Positions 43,132 through 53,694 of a stretch of 64,000 nt of DNA are shown here, in pieces; the first letter of the stretch is position 1; each line of letters starts with the position of its first letter. The stretch lies in assembly GCA_037305845.1 (NCBI GenBank), contig CP147778.1, positions 2,240,001-2,304,000 on the forward strand, in the 5' to 3' direction. This DNA is from Candidatus Freyarchaeum deiterrae (GTDB lineage Archaea; Asgardarchaeota; Jordiarchaeia; Jordiarchaeales; Jordiarchaeaceae). Below the pieces are notes generated by a model. The model saw only the letters and a list, made by a program, of their open reading frames with translations, made no database searches and had not been told where the DNA came from. Position numbers and translations under genes: made by a program.

Positions 43132-44403
43132 GTGATTATGTTGAAAGATTTACAGATCCCTTACGGCAAAAAAGAAATCAGATTTAACCTACCAAACAAC
43201 TGGAATCTGCTAGGCGTTCTCTCACCAAAGATAACCAACAAGCAACTTGATCCTTACAAGGCGGTACTGAAAGCGGTGAGAAATCCAATAGGAACCGAAA
43301 GCCTGTATGATATAGCACACAGAAAAAGGAATGCAGTAATCCTCTCAGATGATAAAGCACGCCCTACCCCCTCAAACCTTATTATTCCTCCATTACTGGA
43401 CGAGTTAAATCGGGCTGGTATTCCCGATGGTAAAATTACTATTATCATAGGAAGGGGATTGCACGAATCTCTGAATGAAAAAGAACTTGAAAAGAAGCTA
43501 GGTGAGAATGTCTTAGAACGGGTTGCTGTCATTGATCATGAACCAGATAAAGATTTAATTAACGTTGGAAAAACTCCTCAAAACGTGCAGGTATTCATTA
43601 ATAAAAACGTTGTTGAGGCGGACCTAAAGATAGGTATAGGCAGCCTTACACCTCACGAATTATCTGGATTCACAGGAGGCGCAGGAATCGTTGTACCTGG
43701 CGTGGCTGGAAGGCGAACCATTAATCAAAACCATTCTCTTGTTAAAAGGTTCAAGGCAGAATTCGGAAAAATTGAAGGAAATCTCATACGCAAAGATATG
43801 GAAGACGCAGCCAAGTTGCTTGGATTAGACTTTTTGGTAAATGCTACTCTGGACGTTAACGATCAGATAGTAGATATATTTGCAGGAGATGTGGTTAAGG
43901 CTTCCCATGAAGCGGTTGAAAGTGCTAAGAACATTTACGGTGTGCACATCGATAAAAAGGCAGACGTAGTGATAGCCAGTTCTCATCCAAAAGATGATAC
44001 TTTCGGCAAATCAATGAAAGCCATTTTCGCTTCTTCACTGGCAGTCAAACCAGACGGCGTTATAATACATGTAGCGCCCTGCTGGGACGGGCTGTCGCAC
44101 AGTGAAATTTTCGAGAAAATGTTACTAGACAATCCTGGACTAGAAACATTATTCAAGATATTGGATAGAGGACAACTTCCTGGAGAAAGCTGTGTACTCT
44201 ACCTGTTTGCTTTAGTTAAAAATAAACTTAGAATCATAGTAGTTACCGACGGAATAGAAAAAGAGGTCGTAGAAAAAATGGGTTTAGAATACGCTGAAAA
44301 CATAGAAACCGCCTTAAAAAACACTGGAAAAGAAAAAGCGGATTGTACCGTGCTGCCCTGGGGCGCTGTCTCATTACCTATTCTAAATAATTCGAGTGAG
44401 TAA
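43132..44403 (+). CDS. larA: Nickel-pincer-dependent lactate racemase family protein (LarA-like)
   Basis: NPIG, D..RPTP, GRGLH, PHELSGFTGG, PGVAG. Confidence 0.85.
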   Translation: MIMLKDLQIPYGKKEIRFNLPNNWNLLGVLSPKITNKQLDPYKAVLKAVRNPIGTESLYDIAHRKRNAVILSDDKARPTPSNLIIPPLLDELNRAGIPDGKITIIIGRGLHESLNEKELEKKLGENVLERVAVIDHEPDKDLINVGKTPQNVQVFINKNVVEADLKIGIGSLTPHELSGFTGGAGIVVPGVAGRRTINQNHSLVKRFKAEFGKIEGNLIRKDMEDAAKLLGLDFLVNATLDVNDQIVDIFAGDVVKASHEAVESAKNIYGVHIDKKADVVIASSHPKDDTFGKSMKAIFASSLAVKPDGVIIHVAPCWDGLSHSEIFEKMLLDNPGLETLFKILDRGQLPGESCVLYLFALVKNKLRIIVVTDGIEKEVVEKMGLEYAENIETALKNTGKEKADCTVLPWGAVSLPILNNSSE

Positions 44404-44598
44404 TGTCCATTTTACATGTTTCAAAACTTATTCTATTCCCCTTTTCCTATATTTTCTTTTAAATTTCATTGGTATTTTTTATTAATTTCGAAACAAAATC
44501 TAAGTTTTATTATCCATCTCTTTTAAAAGCAAATATGTAACACTAAAATTAGTGAAATAATAGAATGGATAATATTGCATAAAGTGGAGGCTTTGTAA

Positions 44599-45926
44599 TT
44601 GCGCTTTTTTTCGGACTTGCACATACATAGCAAGTATAGTAGGGCCACCAGTGATAAAATGGATATTGAGAATTTGATAAAGCATGCCAAGGTTAAGGGA
44701 CTAAACCTGCTAAGTTCTGGAGACCTATCTCATCCAAAATGGTTATCCGAGTTGAAAAACAAACTGATAGAGATCGAGGATTCGGGATTTTTCAGGGCTG
44801 AGGGCGAAAATGATGTTTTCTTTGTTCTTTGCACCGAAGTGTCAACTGTCTTTAGACATGAAGGAACTTCAAAGAAGATTCATCATCTTTTGTTTGCTCC
44901 TAATTTCGAAGTAGCTGATAAAATGAACGAATTTTTAGCGAAATTCGGGAATCTGAAAGCAGACGGTAGACCAATGTTGAATATTACCCCCGCAGAACTC
45001 GTTGAGAATCTTATAAATATTGATGAAAGAATATTAATCGTTCCTGCACATTTATGGACCAGTTGGTTTGGTGCATTAGGTGAAAATGGTTTCGACAGTT
45101 TAGAAGACTGTTACGAAGATCAGCTAAAGCACATCTACTCTGTGGAAACAGGTTTATCCTCTGACCCGGCTATGAACTGGAGACTGAGCAAATTGGACAA
45201 ATACGTTTTAATGAGTAACAGCGACGCTCACAGCCCATGGGATTGGAGGCTTGGTAGGGAAGCAAACGTTTACGAACTAAAATCTCCATCCTACCGAGAA
45301 TTAACCGAGGCTATAAAAACAAAAGACAGGGAAAAAATTCTTATGACCATCGAAGTTGACCCCGCCTATGGAAACTAATTCGAAGTGAGTCCGAGTTAGC
45401 CATAAAATATCACTTCGATGGTCACCGCGCAGATAAACATCAAAGCGGTACGGACGTATACATGTCTCCAAAAGAGGCTATTAAAATAAGTAACATTTGT
45501 CCAATCTGTAGAAAGAAAATGACTATCGGAGTGCTACACAGAGTAGAAGAATTAGCTGATCGAGATGAAAATTATTTACCCAAAAATTATGTACCCTTCA
45601 AAAGATTAATTCCTTTGACAGAACTCATTGCGGCTGCTATGAGGATTGATGACTTGTACTCTAAGCAGATTTGGGAGATGTACTACCGACTTGTGAATTC
45701 TTTCGGTAACGAGTACAATATTTTAATTAATGTTCCCAAACCCGATATTGAGGCGGTGGTGGATCAGAAAATTGCTGATTTAATTATCAATAACCGAGAA
45801 GGAAGACTAAAGATTAGACCAGGTTTCGATGGGGTGTATGGAAAAGTTGTTTTAGACGAAAAAGAAGCTAAAGGTAAAGGCTTTAAACAGCTGGAGCAGA
45901 AAAGTCTGGATGGATATTTTAAATAA
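44599..45926 (+). CDS. endoQ: EndoQ-family PHP-domain endonuclease, spliced: join(44599..45373,45406..45926), 431 aa
   Basis: DLHIHSKYSRATS, PAHLWT.WF, ETGLSSDP, SNSDAHSP, GREAN; restored PAYGKYHFDGHR; CPIC..GVLHRVEELADR, PGFDGVYG, PIP-like QKSLDGYF. Confidence 0.9.
45374..45405 (+). other. 32-nt BHB/BHL intron in endoQ mRNA
   Basis: Central helix ATGG(45368-71)/CCAT(45400-03), bulges AA|A and AA|A, intron stem CTAATTCG/CGAGTTAG; in-frame TAA within the intron. Confidence 0.86.
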
Positions 45927-46171
45927 AAGACTAATTTAAATAACTCTTCATAAATTTAAGAATATAATTAGAGATTATTTAATGGAAAAATTTTTCCCGT
46001 CTTTAATAGTTAACCAAAACAAGATTACTTTTAAAAAGCCATAATAAAAAGAGTTATTATAAACTTATTCCCAAAATATGCTAAAGACAAATAAAAAACT
46101 CGAAAATCATAAATTTAAATACTAAAAATGCATTACTATTCCATGATACAGCCGTACAGGAGGAAAAAATA

Positions 46172-46426
46172 ATGCCCAAGGAAGATGAGAAGAAAGTATT
46201 CTCAGATAAAGTAAAAATCAAGGCAAAAGAAGAACGCGTACCCATAATAGCTCCAGCAGAGTTTAAAGAAGGCGGCGCAATATCAGCTAGAATCACCTTT
46301 AAGGGAGACGAACAAATATCCCCATTTCTAAAACTAGCGGTTCTATTCCGAAAACCGGTAGTTTTTTACAACGATGTCTTCTACATACCAAACAGCAGCG
46401 AACTTTATGAATTAAAATCCCGATAA
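46172..46426 (+). CDS. Small hypothetical protein
   Basis: GGAGG SD, ATG start, 84 aa, host-like codon usage. Confidence 0.65.
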   Translation: MPKEDEKKVFSDKVKIKAKEERVPIIAPAEFKEGGAISARITFKGDEQISPFLKLAVLFRKPVVFYNDVFYIPNSSELYELKSR

Positions 46427-46795
46427 GCTGGCAGCAATCAGAGTGAATTCATCAAGGGAAGAAGAAAATAAAATTTATTAAAACTCACCCTACTCTTCCT
46501 ATTTATTAATTATTTAACTACGTTCAAATTACTTTCTAAAAAATTAAAATAATAATTTAAAATTAATCTCTGGTTAAAAAGTACCCTATTTTTTTCAAAA
46601 CTAAACCTACTAGCATCTAACCAGCTTTAAATGCTATAACCTCAATCTAATTCATTAAATATAAAATCCCCATTTATCTACTTCTAATCCTCATTAAAAA
46701 ATAGTTTTACAAAGAATTACTAAAGAATATAACTCATAATATAAGGGGATAGGAGAAGCGCTAGGTAGAAACTTCTCCCTCGAAAAATTACCTAA

Positions 46796-47491
46796 CTATT
46801 CCTCCGAAGCAAACAGCTTCTTTAATCTACCAAGCTCTGTCATCATCGCATTCCTAAGATCCGTAATAGAGCCCGCATCCTGTTGAACCGCAGCTCCTAT
46901 CGCAGCCGAAGCGGCTACACCAGGTGCACCCATACTCGGCGGTCCACCTACTGCTGGTGTTCTACCCGCTACCGGCGGCATACCTGCTGGTGGTCTGCCT
47001 CCCGCTGATGGCGGTCCACCTATACTTGGCGGTGCGCCTGCTGATGGCGGCATACCTGCTGGTGGTCTGCCTCCCGCTGATGGCGGTGCGCCTGCTGATG
47101 GCGGCATACCTGCTGGTGGTCTGCCTCCCGCTGATGGGGGCATACCTGCCGCAGTTGCTGGTTGAGTGCCGGTTTTGGTAGAGAACATACCAAATACATC
47201 ATCTGGTGCGGTTCTACTACTTAATGATTCTAGTGGGACGGATGATGATGACGATACTATTGTTTCCTGCGTTCCCATTGCTGTAGATTGAGGCATAGCA
47301 AGTTCGGAAGCTCCGAGGTCGACCTCCATTCCTTTCGCCGCTTTTGCGAGGTCTTTTTGTAGACTTTCTACCGATTTAGAGTAGGCTTCTTGTGCTTTCT
47401 TTAGGGATTCGATATACTTATTAGAAAAACTGAGCAGGGAGGAACAAGCCTTTTGAACGAACCGTAATAGTTTCTCTTCTTTCTTGGGCAA
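46796..47491 (-). CDS. Coiled coil + Pro/Gly-rich repeat region + WH2-like C-terminal helix
   Basis: N-terminal heptads, (AGMPPSAGGRPP)-type repeats, tail DLRNAMMTELGRLKKLF. Confidence 0.75.
   Translation of the reverse strand: MPKKEEKLLRFVQKACSSLLSFSNKYIESLKKAQEAYSKSVESLQKDLAKAAKGMEVDLGASELAMPQSTAMGTQETIVSSSSSVPLESLSSRTAPDDVFGMFSTKTGTQPATAAGMPPSAGGRPPAGMPPSAGAPPSAGGRPPAGMPPSAGAPPSIGGPPSAGGRPPAGMPPVAGRTPAVGGPPSMGAPGVAASAAIGAAVQQDAGSITDLRNAMMTELGRLKKLFASEE
46925..47160. repeat. Coding tandem repeats built from 18-bp units (higher-order 54-bp blocks)
   Basis: GGCATACCTGCTGGTGGTCTGCCTCCCGCTGATGG occurs three times, with variant units between. Confidence 0.9.
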
Positions 47492-47742
47492 GTTTTAACC
47501 CTCTTATTATTTGTTTTTATATTGATGTTTCTTGTTTTTTTAATTCCCTATTATTAAGATATGTGTAACCCTTTTTAAAAACTCTTCGGCTAATGATTTT
47601 TACATTAGATGAAAAGTTTATTAGAGTATCGAACCTTTTAATTTTTTCACAGCTAATTTTTAATTTTTCTCTAATATTATATTCGCCTCGGTTTGTTATA
47701 TCTCTATTGTCTGAATTTTTATGTATATCTAGTTGGGTTTTG

Positions 47743-48801
47743 TTAATACAAGAAAATCCAGGCGCTAGAGATAAAGTATATTGATACTAGAATTATCATA
47801 TAAAACGCGTGGGCTGTTATTGTAGTGATTATTCGGTATTTTCTAACCTGAAGTAAGATACCCAGTGTAAACGAGAGAGCCAGATAAGAGGGTATGGCTA
47901 ATATGGCTGAAATTGATCCGACATACGGGGGAAATCCCAATCCACCTGCGTTTGTAGGGTACAGAAATATGTGTAAGGCTGAAAAGATTATTGCGGTAAC
48001 GATAAGTCCGGCCCATCTTCCAAAACCATTTTCCAGTCCTTGCTGTAGAAAGGCTCTGGTTGATATTTCCTCACAAGGCGCAACAAGTAGGATCATACTC
48101 AGCACGAGTAGTATGTACTGATAGAAGTAAATGCTCATAAAAGATGCATCATTTACACTGGAGAATAGTCTTGAGAGGTAGATGTCGATGGGCGAGTAAA
48201 GCCCTTCTAATGTGTAAGATGTTATCAACGACACTGCAAAAGAGATTATCATCATCAAACTTCCGCCGAGTGCTCCTACTATAACATCATTCCGAACTTC
48301 TTTCTTATCCTCAAAATCAAACCCAAGTTCCTTTATGGACCGACCTCTATATTTTAGAAGTAGAAGGGGTCCCACTAATAGACCGAGCTCAGCTAAGGTT
48401 ATAAAAACTAGAAACTCTGGACCTGCCACATAAATCGTTGAACCTAGAACCGGTAAAACTCTGTAGGCGGGTACCATGTATGATAGTATAGAAGCTGGTA
48501 GATCTCGAAAAATTAAAAGCACATTAAGTGCATCTGAGTATATGTATGATCCTATATAGGATAGTAGATTTTGAAGAAGGAAGAGCAGAAGAATTGAGGC
48601 TGTATATACTACTATAGCAGCGACCCAGCCCCAGGATGCATAGGTTCTCTGTTCACTTCTTTTAGAAGGTTTCCCCTCATAAGAAGCAACTTTGCCATTA
48701 GGATAATCCTCAAGTTTTCCTCCACAGTACCTACAAAACTCAAAACTGGTTGATTTGTACTTTACTTGACACCTGGGGCAGAAAAGGTCTTTCTTTATCA
48801 A
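47743..48801 (-). CDS. CPBP/Abi (type II CAAX) intramembrane protease with N-terminal Zn ribbon
   Basis: CPRC..CRYCG; APCEE...RAFL, FSALH, AHAFY motifs. Confidence 0.87.
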   Translation of the reverse strand: MIKKDLFCPRCQVKYKSTSFEFCRYCGGKLEDYPNGKVASYEGKPSKRSEQRTYASWGWVAAIVVYTASILLLFLLQNLLSYIGSYIYSDALNVLLIFRDLPASILSYMVPAYRVLPVLGSTIYVAGPEFLVFITLAELGLLVGPLLLLKYRGRSIKELGFDFEDKKEVRNDVIVGALGGSLMMIISFAVSLITSYTLEGLYSPIDIYLSRLFSSVNDASFMSIYFYQYILLVLSMILLVAPCEEISTRAFLQQGLENGFGRWAGLIVTAIIFSALHIFLYPTNAGGLGFPPYVGSISAILAIPSYLALSFTLGILLQVRKYRIITTITAHAFYMIILVSIYFISSAWIFLY

Positions 48802-49093
48802 TTTTGGACACCCTGAAACTATTTTTAAGATATTACCTATTAAAAAGGCAACTCTTCTACTTTTGAATTAAGCTGAGTTCGAAAACTTATTTGACATAGG
48901 AAGAACGGGTTTTTCAATATTTCGAAAAAGCTATCCAGTACCAATTTAACCTTATTTTTTCTCAGAGAATAGTGCGGATTTTCTTTTTCCTATTTAGAAA
49001 GAAATTTAAGATAGTACTTGTTAGTCTCGGTTGCTAACGGTCGTGCAAAAAGCAACCATATTCTCTTTAGATTATTTTTAGGAGGGACGCTTA

Positions 49094-49900
49094 TTGCAGG
49101 AAAATTTCGATAATGTTCTCAGCAACAATGAACAAGATGTTCACTTGGATGAGAATTATCTACAATTAAACGACTCTTTATCCGAAGCTACTAATTTGAG
49201 CGTTCCTGAGATGGAGGTTTTGTTACTCTTTAATAGTGATGATGCTAAATTGAGGGGTTTTTCTTTTGGTTTTCAGGGAATAAGAAGACGGCTGGATATT
49301 CATCAGCAAACTCTAGCCATAGCGTTAAGAAGACTTTTGAGAAAGAGAATAATAGCAAAAAATGATGATCAAGAATACTTTTTAACTAAACAGGGAGGAA
49401 ACCTAGTCTCAACCTTGTTTAATAATGATGAAGATGAATTAAGACCACTTCCTAATTCTGAGAAGAATGGATTGCCATCTTATGAAATCGAAATGAAAGT
49501 GAACCCAAAAAGGATGGAGCATAAAAAACTCGCAAAAGGACTTAAAGGAAAATGGTTTTCACACTATCGCTATGTCGGAAGCCTACTTAACGAGGATAAG
49601 TCAATGCTGGAATGGATTACCGACGATGCTCATTACTCTGCTCGAGTTAGCGCTAATGAGGATGGAGATGTTAGAGTAGGCGTTTCTGCATTCAAATTCT
49701 TTGAGGATATGAAATTAAGAGAGGAAACAATTAGGGTTTCATCGTTTATAGAAAAAAATATCAGAGAACTGTTTGGTGAGTCTCTAATTTATAAGAGTGA
49801 AATCGAAAGCACTAAGAACCAGCCTAGTTTAAATCCCACTCTACTGAACAAGTGGATAGAGGAAATCTACAAGTCTCAAATGTTGCAAAACTACTCGTAA
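49094..49900 (+). CDS. Winged-helix domain protein
   Basis: FQGIRRRLDIHQQTLAIALRRL......K....Y.LTKQG. Confidence 0.7.
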   Translation: MQENFDNVLSNNEQDVHLDENYLQLNDSLSEATNLSVPEMEVLLLFNSDDAKLRGFSFGFQGIRRRLDIHQQTLAIALRRLLRKRIIAKNDDQEYFLTKQGGNLVSTLFNNDEDELRPLPNSEKNGLPSYEIEMKVNPKRMEHKKLAKGLKGKWFSHYRYVGSLLNEDKSMLEWITDDAHYSARVSANEDGDVRVGVSAFKFFEDMKLREETIRVSSFIEKNIRELFGESLIYKSEIESTKNQPSLNPTLLNKWIEEIYKSQMLQNYS

Positions 49901-49904
49901 AAAA

Positions 49905-51653
49905 TTAGATTAAAACATTAGTTACTTCTTGATTTATAACATCTATTAATCCTTTTTCTGTAATTTTTAAATCTGGAATAACAGGTAGAGATAGGAAGGA
50001 CATTGTCATAAAGGGTGATTCAAGTTCACAACCCATTTCCATTGCCGCTTTTTTGAGCTTCTTTCTTTTTTCGATGACTTTTTCAATGGATTCTGTGCTC
50101 ATCAGGCCAGCAAAGTTTAGTGCTATTTGGGCAATAACTTTTCCCTTGTTTACTACTACTATCCCTCCCTGCATTTCGAATATTTCATTAACCGCTTTAG
50201 CCATATCATTCCAATTCGTCCCGACTATTACAATGTTGTGTGAATCATGAGCAACAGTAGATGCGATGCTTCCTTCTTTCAAACCGAATCCTCTTACAAA
50301 TCCTTTTCCGATTTCTCCAGTAGCATGGTGCCTTTCAACAACCGCTACCTGAAGTATATCCTTCCGAGGGTCTGGCGTAACTCTACCATTTTCGACTCTT
50401 AGTTGCTCAGTTTCAGAAGTGGTAAGAAGCGAGCCTTCAGATATTCCAATCACTCTAACTTTCTGATTTTCTTTTTTATTGGTTTTAATGAGAAACTTAT
50501 CTGATTCTGGTAGTTTTCCGACATTTACACTTTTTTGTATCTCTGAAGAATACTCATAATCTGGAACATTAACTTCAAGCCTTTCATTAACTACAACGGG
50601 CACCCCTGAAACAATTGTCGTGACAACTTTCACTTTTTCAAGATCTTCGAGTAAAACTATGTCTGCACTTTTTCCCGGCGTTATGCTCCCTAACCGGTTA
50701 TCCACTCCAAGGTAACAGGCGGGATTAAGAGTCGCCATCTGGTAAGCTTTCACTGGTTCTAAGCCTTCCTCGATAGACCTCCGAATAAGAAAGTCAACTT
50801 CTCCCTTCTCCTTTAAATCCTCAGGGCTTTTATCATCAGTTGCTAGTAGACAGTTTCTTGTATCTAACCTCATTTCAATAATGGGCTTGATTAAAACAGC
50901 CAAATTTTTGGATGCTGATCCCTCCCTAATCATAAGGAAGACTCCCCTTCTCAACTTCTCAACCCCTTCATCCCCAGAAACTGATTCATGGTCTGAGCGA
51001 ATGCCGGTTGAGAAATAGGCGCAGAGCTTTTCAGCCCTAAGCCCTGGGGCATGGCCGTCTATTGCTCTAAATCTCTCCGCTGCTTTTATTTTAGCTAAAA
51101 CCTCCCTGTCACAGCTTAATACTCCGGGAAAATTCATAACTTCCGCTAGACCTGATACTCCCTTTTCATCTGCTAGTGCTAGAATATCTTTAACACTAAT
51201 TACTGCTCCCGAACTTCCCAGCTTCGGCGAGGCAGCGGGAACACTGCTTGGTATCATAACAAAAACATTAAGTGGAAGGTTTCTAGACTCCGCCAAAATC
51301 TCTCTTATTCCTCTTATTCCTCTTACATTTGCTATTTCATGGGGATCCCAAATTATCGAGGTGGTTCCGTGAAGAAGGCAGGTTTTGGTGAATTCTGTAA
51401 TCGTAATCTCACTAGATTCAACATGTATGTGAGAATCAAAAAATCCGGGTGAGGCAAATTTATTCTCTCCCTTTATTATCCTTGTTTTCTCTCCAATAGT
51501 GTGAGAGGAATCACCCACTAAGGCAATTTTATTGGATTTTAATGCAATATCTCCTGTTTCGATTTCGCCGGTACAAACATTAATTATGTTAGTGTCTTTT
51601 ATCACAATGTCTGCTTTTTTTTCTCCCAGAGCAGTCTTTATTATTTCCTCCAA
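49905..51653 (-). CDS. ade: Adenine deaminase
   Basis: DSHIHVESS, DPHEIANV, EVMNFPGV, DGHAP, SDHE, TDD, VAHDSHN, LSLPVIP. Confidence 0.95.
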   Translation of the reverse strand: MEEIIKTALGEKKADIVIKDTNIINVCTGEIETGDIALKSNKIALVGDSSHTIGEKTRIIKGENKFASPGFFDSHIHVESSEITITEFTKTCLLHGTTSIIWDPHEIANVRGIRGIREILAESRNLPLNVFVMIPSSVPAASPKLGSSGAVISVKDILALADEKGVSGLAEVMNFPGVLSCDREVLAKIKAAERFRAIDGHAPGLRAEKLCAYFSTGIRSDHESVSGDEGVEKLRRGVFLMIREGSASKNLAVLIKPIIEMRLDTRNCLLATDDKSPEDLKEKGEVDFLIRRSIEEGLEPVKAYQMATLNPACYLGVDNRLGSITPGKSADIVLLEDLEKVKVVTTIVSGVPVVVNERLEVNVPDYEYSSEIQKSVNVGKLPESDKFLIKTNKKENQKVRVIGISEGSLLTTSETEQLRVENGRVTPDPRKDILQVAVVERHHATGEIGKGFVRGFGLKEGSIASTVAHDSHNIVIVGTNWNDMAKAVNEIFEMQGGIVVVNKGKVIAQIALNFAGLMSTESIEKVIEKRKKLKKAAMEMGCELESPFMTMSFLSLPVIPDLKITEKGLIDVINQEVTNVLI

Positions 51654-52044
51654 TCACATAAGCCACCTTTAATTTTCTACATAACTCCTCTGCAACGCAA
51701 TTTTAAAACAATTCGCCTTTCTTGGATTACTCCATTAAAAATTATTTGTATTCAGTTGACACACTTCTTTTTTTTAGAATTTCGAATTCATTACAGATGT
51801 TTCATTTAGCGTTTCAATTAGTAATTATTTATCTAATAACTCATATTAAATGAATCAAAATAATATATAATTAAGAATCATTCCTCATTAAAAAACCAAT
51901 CATGTATGTTAACTACCTTTTTTTCATAAATAGTTTAAAAAAATAAAAGTAAGACTTTAAAGAATTATTAGTCTAATTATAATTATAACACTCTAAAAAC
52001 TTACTTAGACTAAAGAGGAAGTAAAAGCGACGGTGAGCTGAGAA

Positions 52045-52407
52045 ATGGGAACCACTGAAATCCGCAAACAACTGAAAGAGGAGCTAACAACACTAGGAAA
52101 AGAAATATCGAATATTCTTAGTGAACAGAATATTTCATCGGAACAGATTAGATGTGTGATAGCCGACATAGACCGGTGCTACATTCTTCTAGATAGATTT
52201 GAGGATGTCTGTAAAGATTTATCCTACTACTTCACCCTACGAAAAGACCTCTGCCGTTCACTAACTCCTCTCATCATCGCTTTAGAAGCATTTGAGGCTG
52301 GAGCCATTGATCTCCCCTCACTAAAATCTGCAGCAGAGAAATCAAATGCTACAGCGAGCATAGAAAGGGCAATAGAAAAACTGGAAGAAACTTTGATTGA
52401 TGCATAA
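52045..52407 (+). CDS. Hypothetical helical protein
   Basis: GGTGA SD plus ATG, 120 aa. Confidence 0.6.
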   Translation: MGTTEIRKQLKEELTTLGKEISNILSEQNISSEQIRCVIADIDRCYILLDRFEDVCKDLSYYFTLRKDLCRSLTPLIIALEAFEAGAIDLPSLKSAAEKSNATASIERAIEKLEETLIDA

Positions 52408-52548
52408 AACTCATTTTAATAGTCTACTATGAGACGCTCGTTTCACATTCAGCCGTTAAAGGTATCTAAAAAAATTACCGCGCTAGGAGTTATGAACTCA
52501 TTTTGAAAGTATCCTGAAAAAGTGCTTCATCTGTCTTGATGTTTCTTT

Positions 52549-53694
52549 CTAACCATGTATGAGTGGACCCACAAGGAATGCGATTAATCCAAACAAAGCC
52601 CCTAGTTTAACGAATAAGCTAGCCCATTTCTGCGCCCTTTGTGATTCATACTTCCAGAGAATTAGTGTAATCGAAATGGCTACAGATATGATTCCTGCGA
52701 AATAGAAAGGAATGAACCAGAAGCCGAGCAGTTTTGGAATGTACCATGGAGAAGGCATGTCGATTACCCAAAACGATGTAAAAATTATCATCCCCGTAAA
52801 ATTAAACGAAGAACCTGCGATACCAAATATATTCAGAATATACCACGGTGAGAACGCATTCATTGTCAACCATGGTGCAAAGGTTGTTATCCCAGTAAAG
52901 TTAAGCACCGAACCTAAGAGACCGGGTAGGATTGGGGAGTACCACAGTGAAGGCATATCTAGTATCCAACACGCTGTAAAAGATATTATTCCAATAGCAT
53001 TGCACACGGAACCCGCGATACCCGCTCTTTTTAAACCATAAACACAAGCTATTGTTTTTGCATTTCTGCATTTGTCACCCTCGACATCCTCCATACCCTT
53101 AATGATTTCCCGCCCTTGAAGCACCATAAATGCTGTAATGAAAAACAGCAAAGTCATCAGTGGAAATCTCAAAATACCCCTCTCCATAGAGGTAATAAAA
53201 GATCCGTAGATATAACCAAAAGCGAAACTAAAAGCAACTACAAAATTACCAAGAAGCCCTGAAACCTTGACTCGAGCTGCATACAAAAGCCCTATGCCCG
53301 AAAAAATCAAGGCAAGTATACCTGAAGCAACGCTTATCCAAAAGGCTAATGCTACACCTGAAGCCCAGAGAACCACTGTATATGCTACTGCCTGTTTAAC
53401 CGTTAAAGCTCCTCTCGGAAGAGGGCGATTCGGTTTATTAATCTTATCAACCTCTAGATCAAAAATATCATTTATCACCATACCCGCAGCAGCAATGAGA
53501 AAGTACACGAAATAGGATATAAAAGCAATCTCAAAAAATCTATTAGGGAAAATCCAGAATTTTGACCAAAAGAATTGTAAATTGAGATTATCGAAAACAT
53601 TCGCTACCAGCACTGCAGATAATACAGTAAGGCCTCCCATTACACAATTTACTGGCCTTATAATTTCAACGCAAGCCTTAAACTCCATGAGCAA
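52549..53694 (-). CDS. UbiA family prenyltransferase, DGGGP synthase-like, with internal triplication
   Basis: IRPVNC, NDIFDLEVDKINKPNRPLPRG, REIIKGMEDVEGD. Confidence 0.88.
   Translation of the reverse strand: MLMEFKACVEIIRPVNCVMGGLTVLSAVLVANVFDNLNLQFFWSKFWIFPNRFFEIAFISYFVYFLIAAAGMVINDIFDLEVDKINKPNRPLPRGALTVKQAVAYTVVLWASGVALAFWISVASGILALIFSGIGLLYAARVKVSGLLGNFVVAFSFAFGYIYGSFITSMERGILRFPLMTLLFFITAFMVLQGREIIKGMEDVEGDKCRNAKTIACVYGLKRAGIAGSVCNAIGIISFTACWILDMPSLWYSPILPGLLGSVLNFTGITTFAPWLTMNAFSPWYILNIFGIAGSSFNFTGMIIFTSFWVIDMPSPWYIPKLLGFWFIPFYFAGIISVAISITLILWKYESQRAQKWASLFVKLGALFGLIAFLVGPLIHG

Noticed and set aside
45421-45455. Second BHB-like fold in endoQ (ACCG/CGGT helix, GTC/GAC outer helix)
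   Set aside because: Canonical cuts would remove 22 nt and lead to a stop within ~12 codons; the frame is already open without it.
46925-47160. Tandem repeats as a CRISPR array
   Set aside because: No unique spacers; the units are multiples of 3 and encode a Pro/Gly-rich tract.
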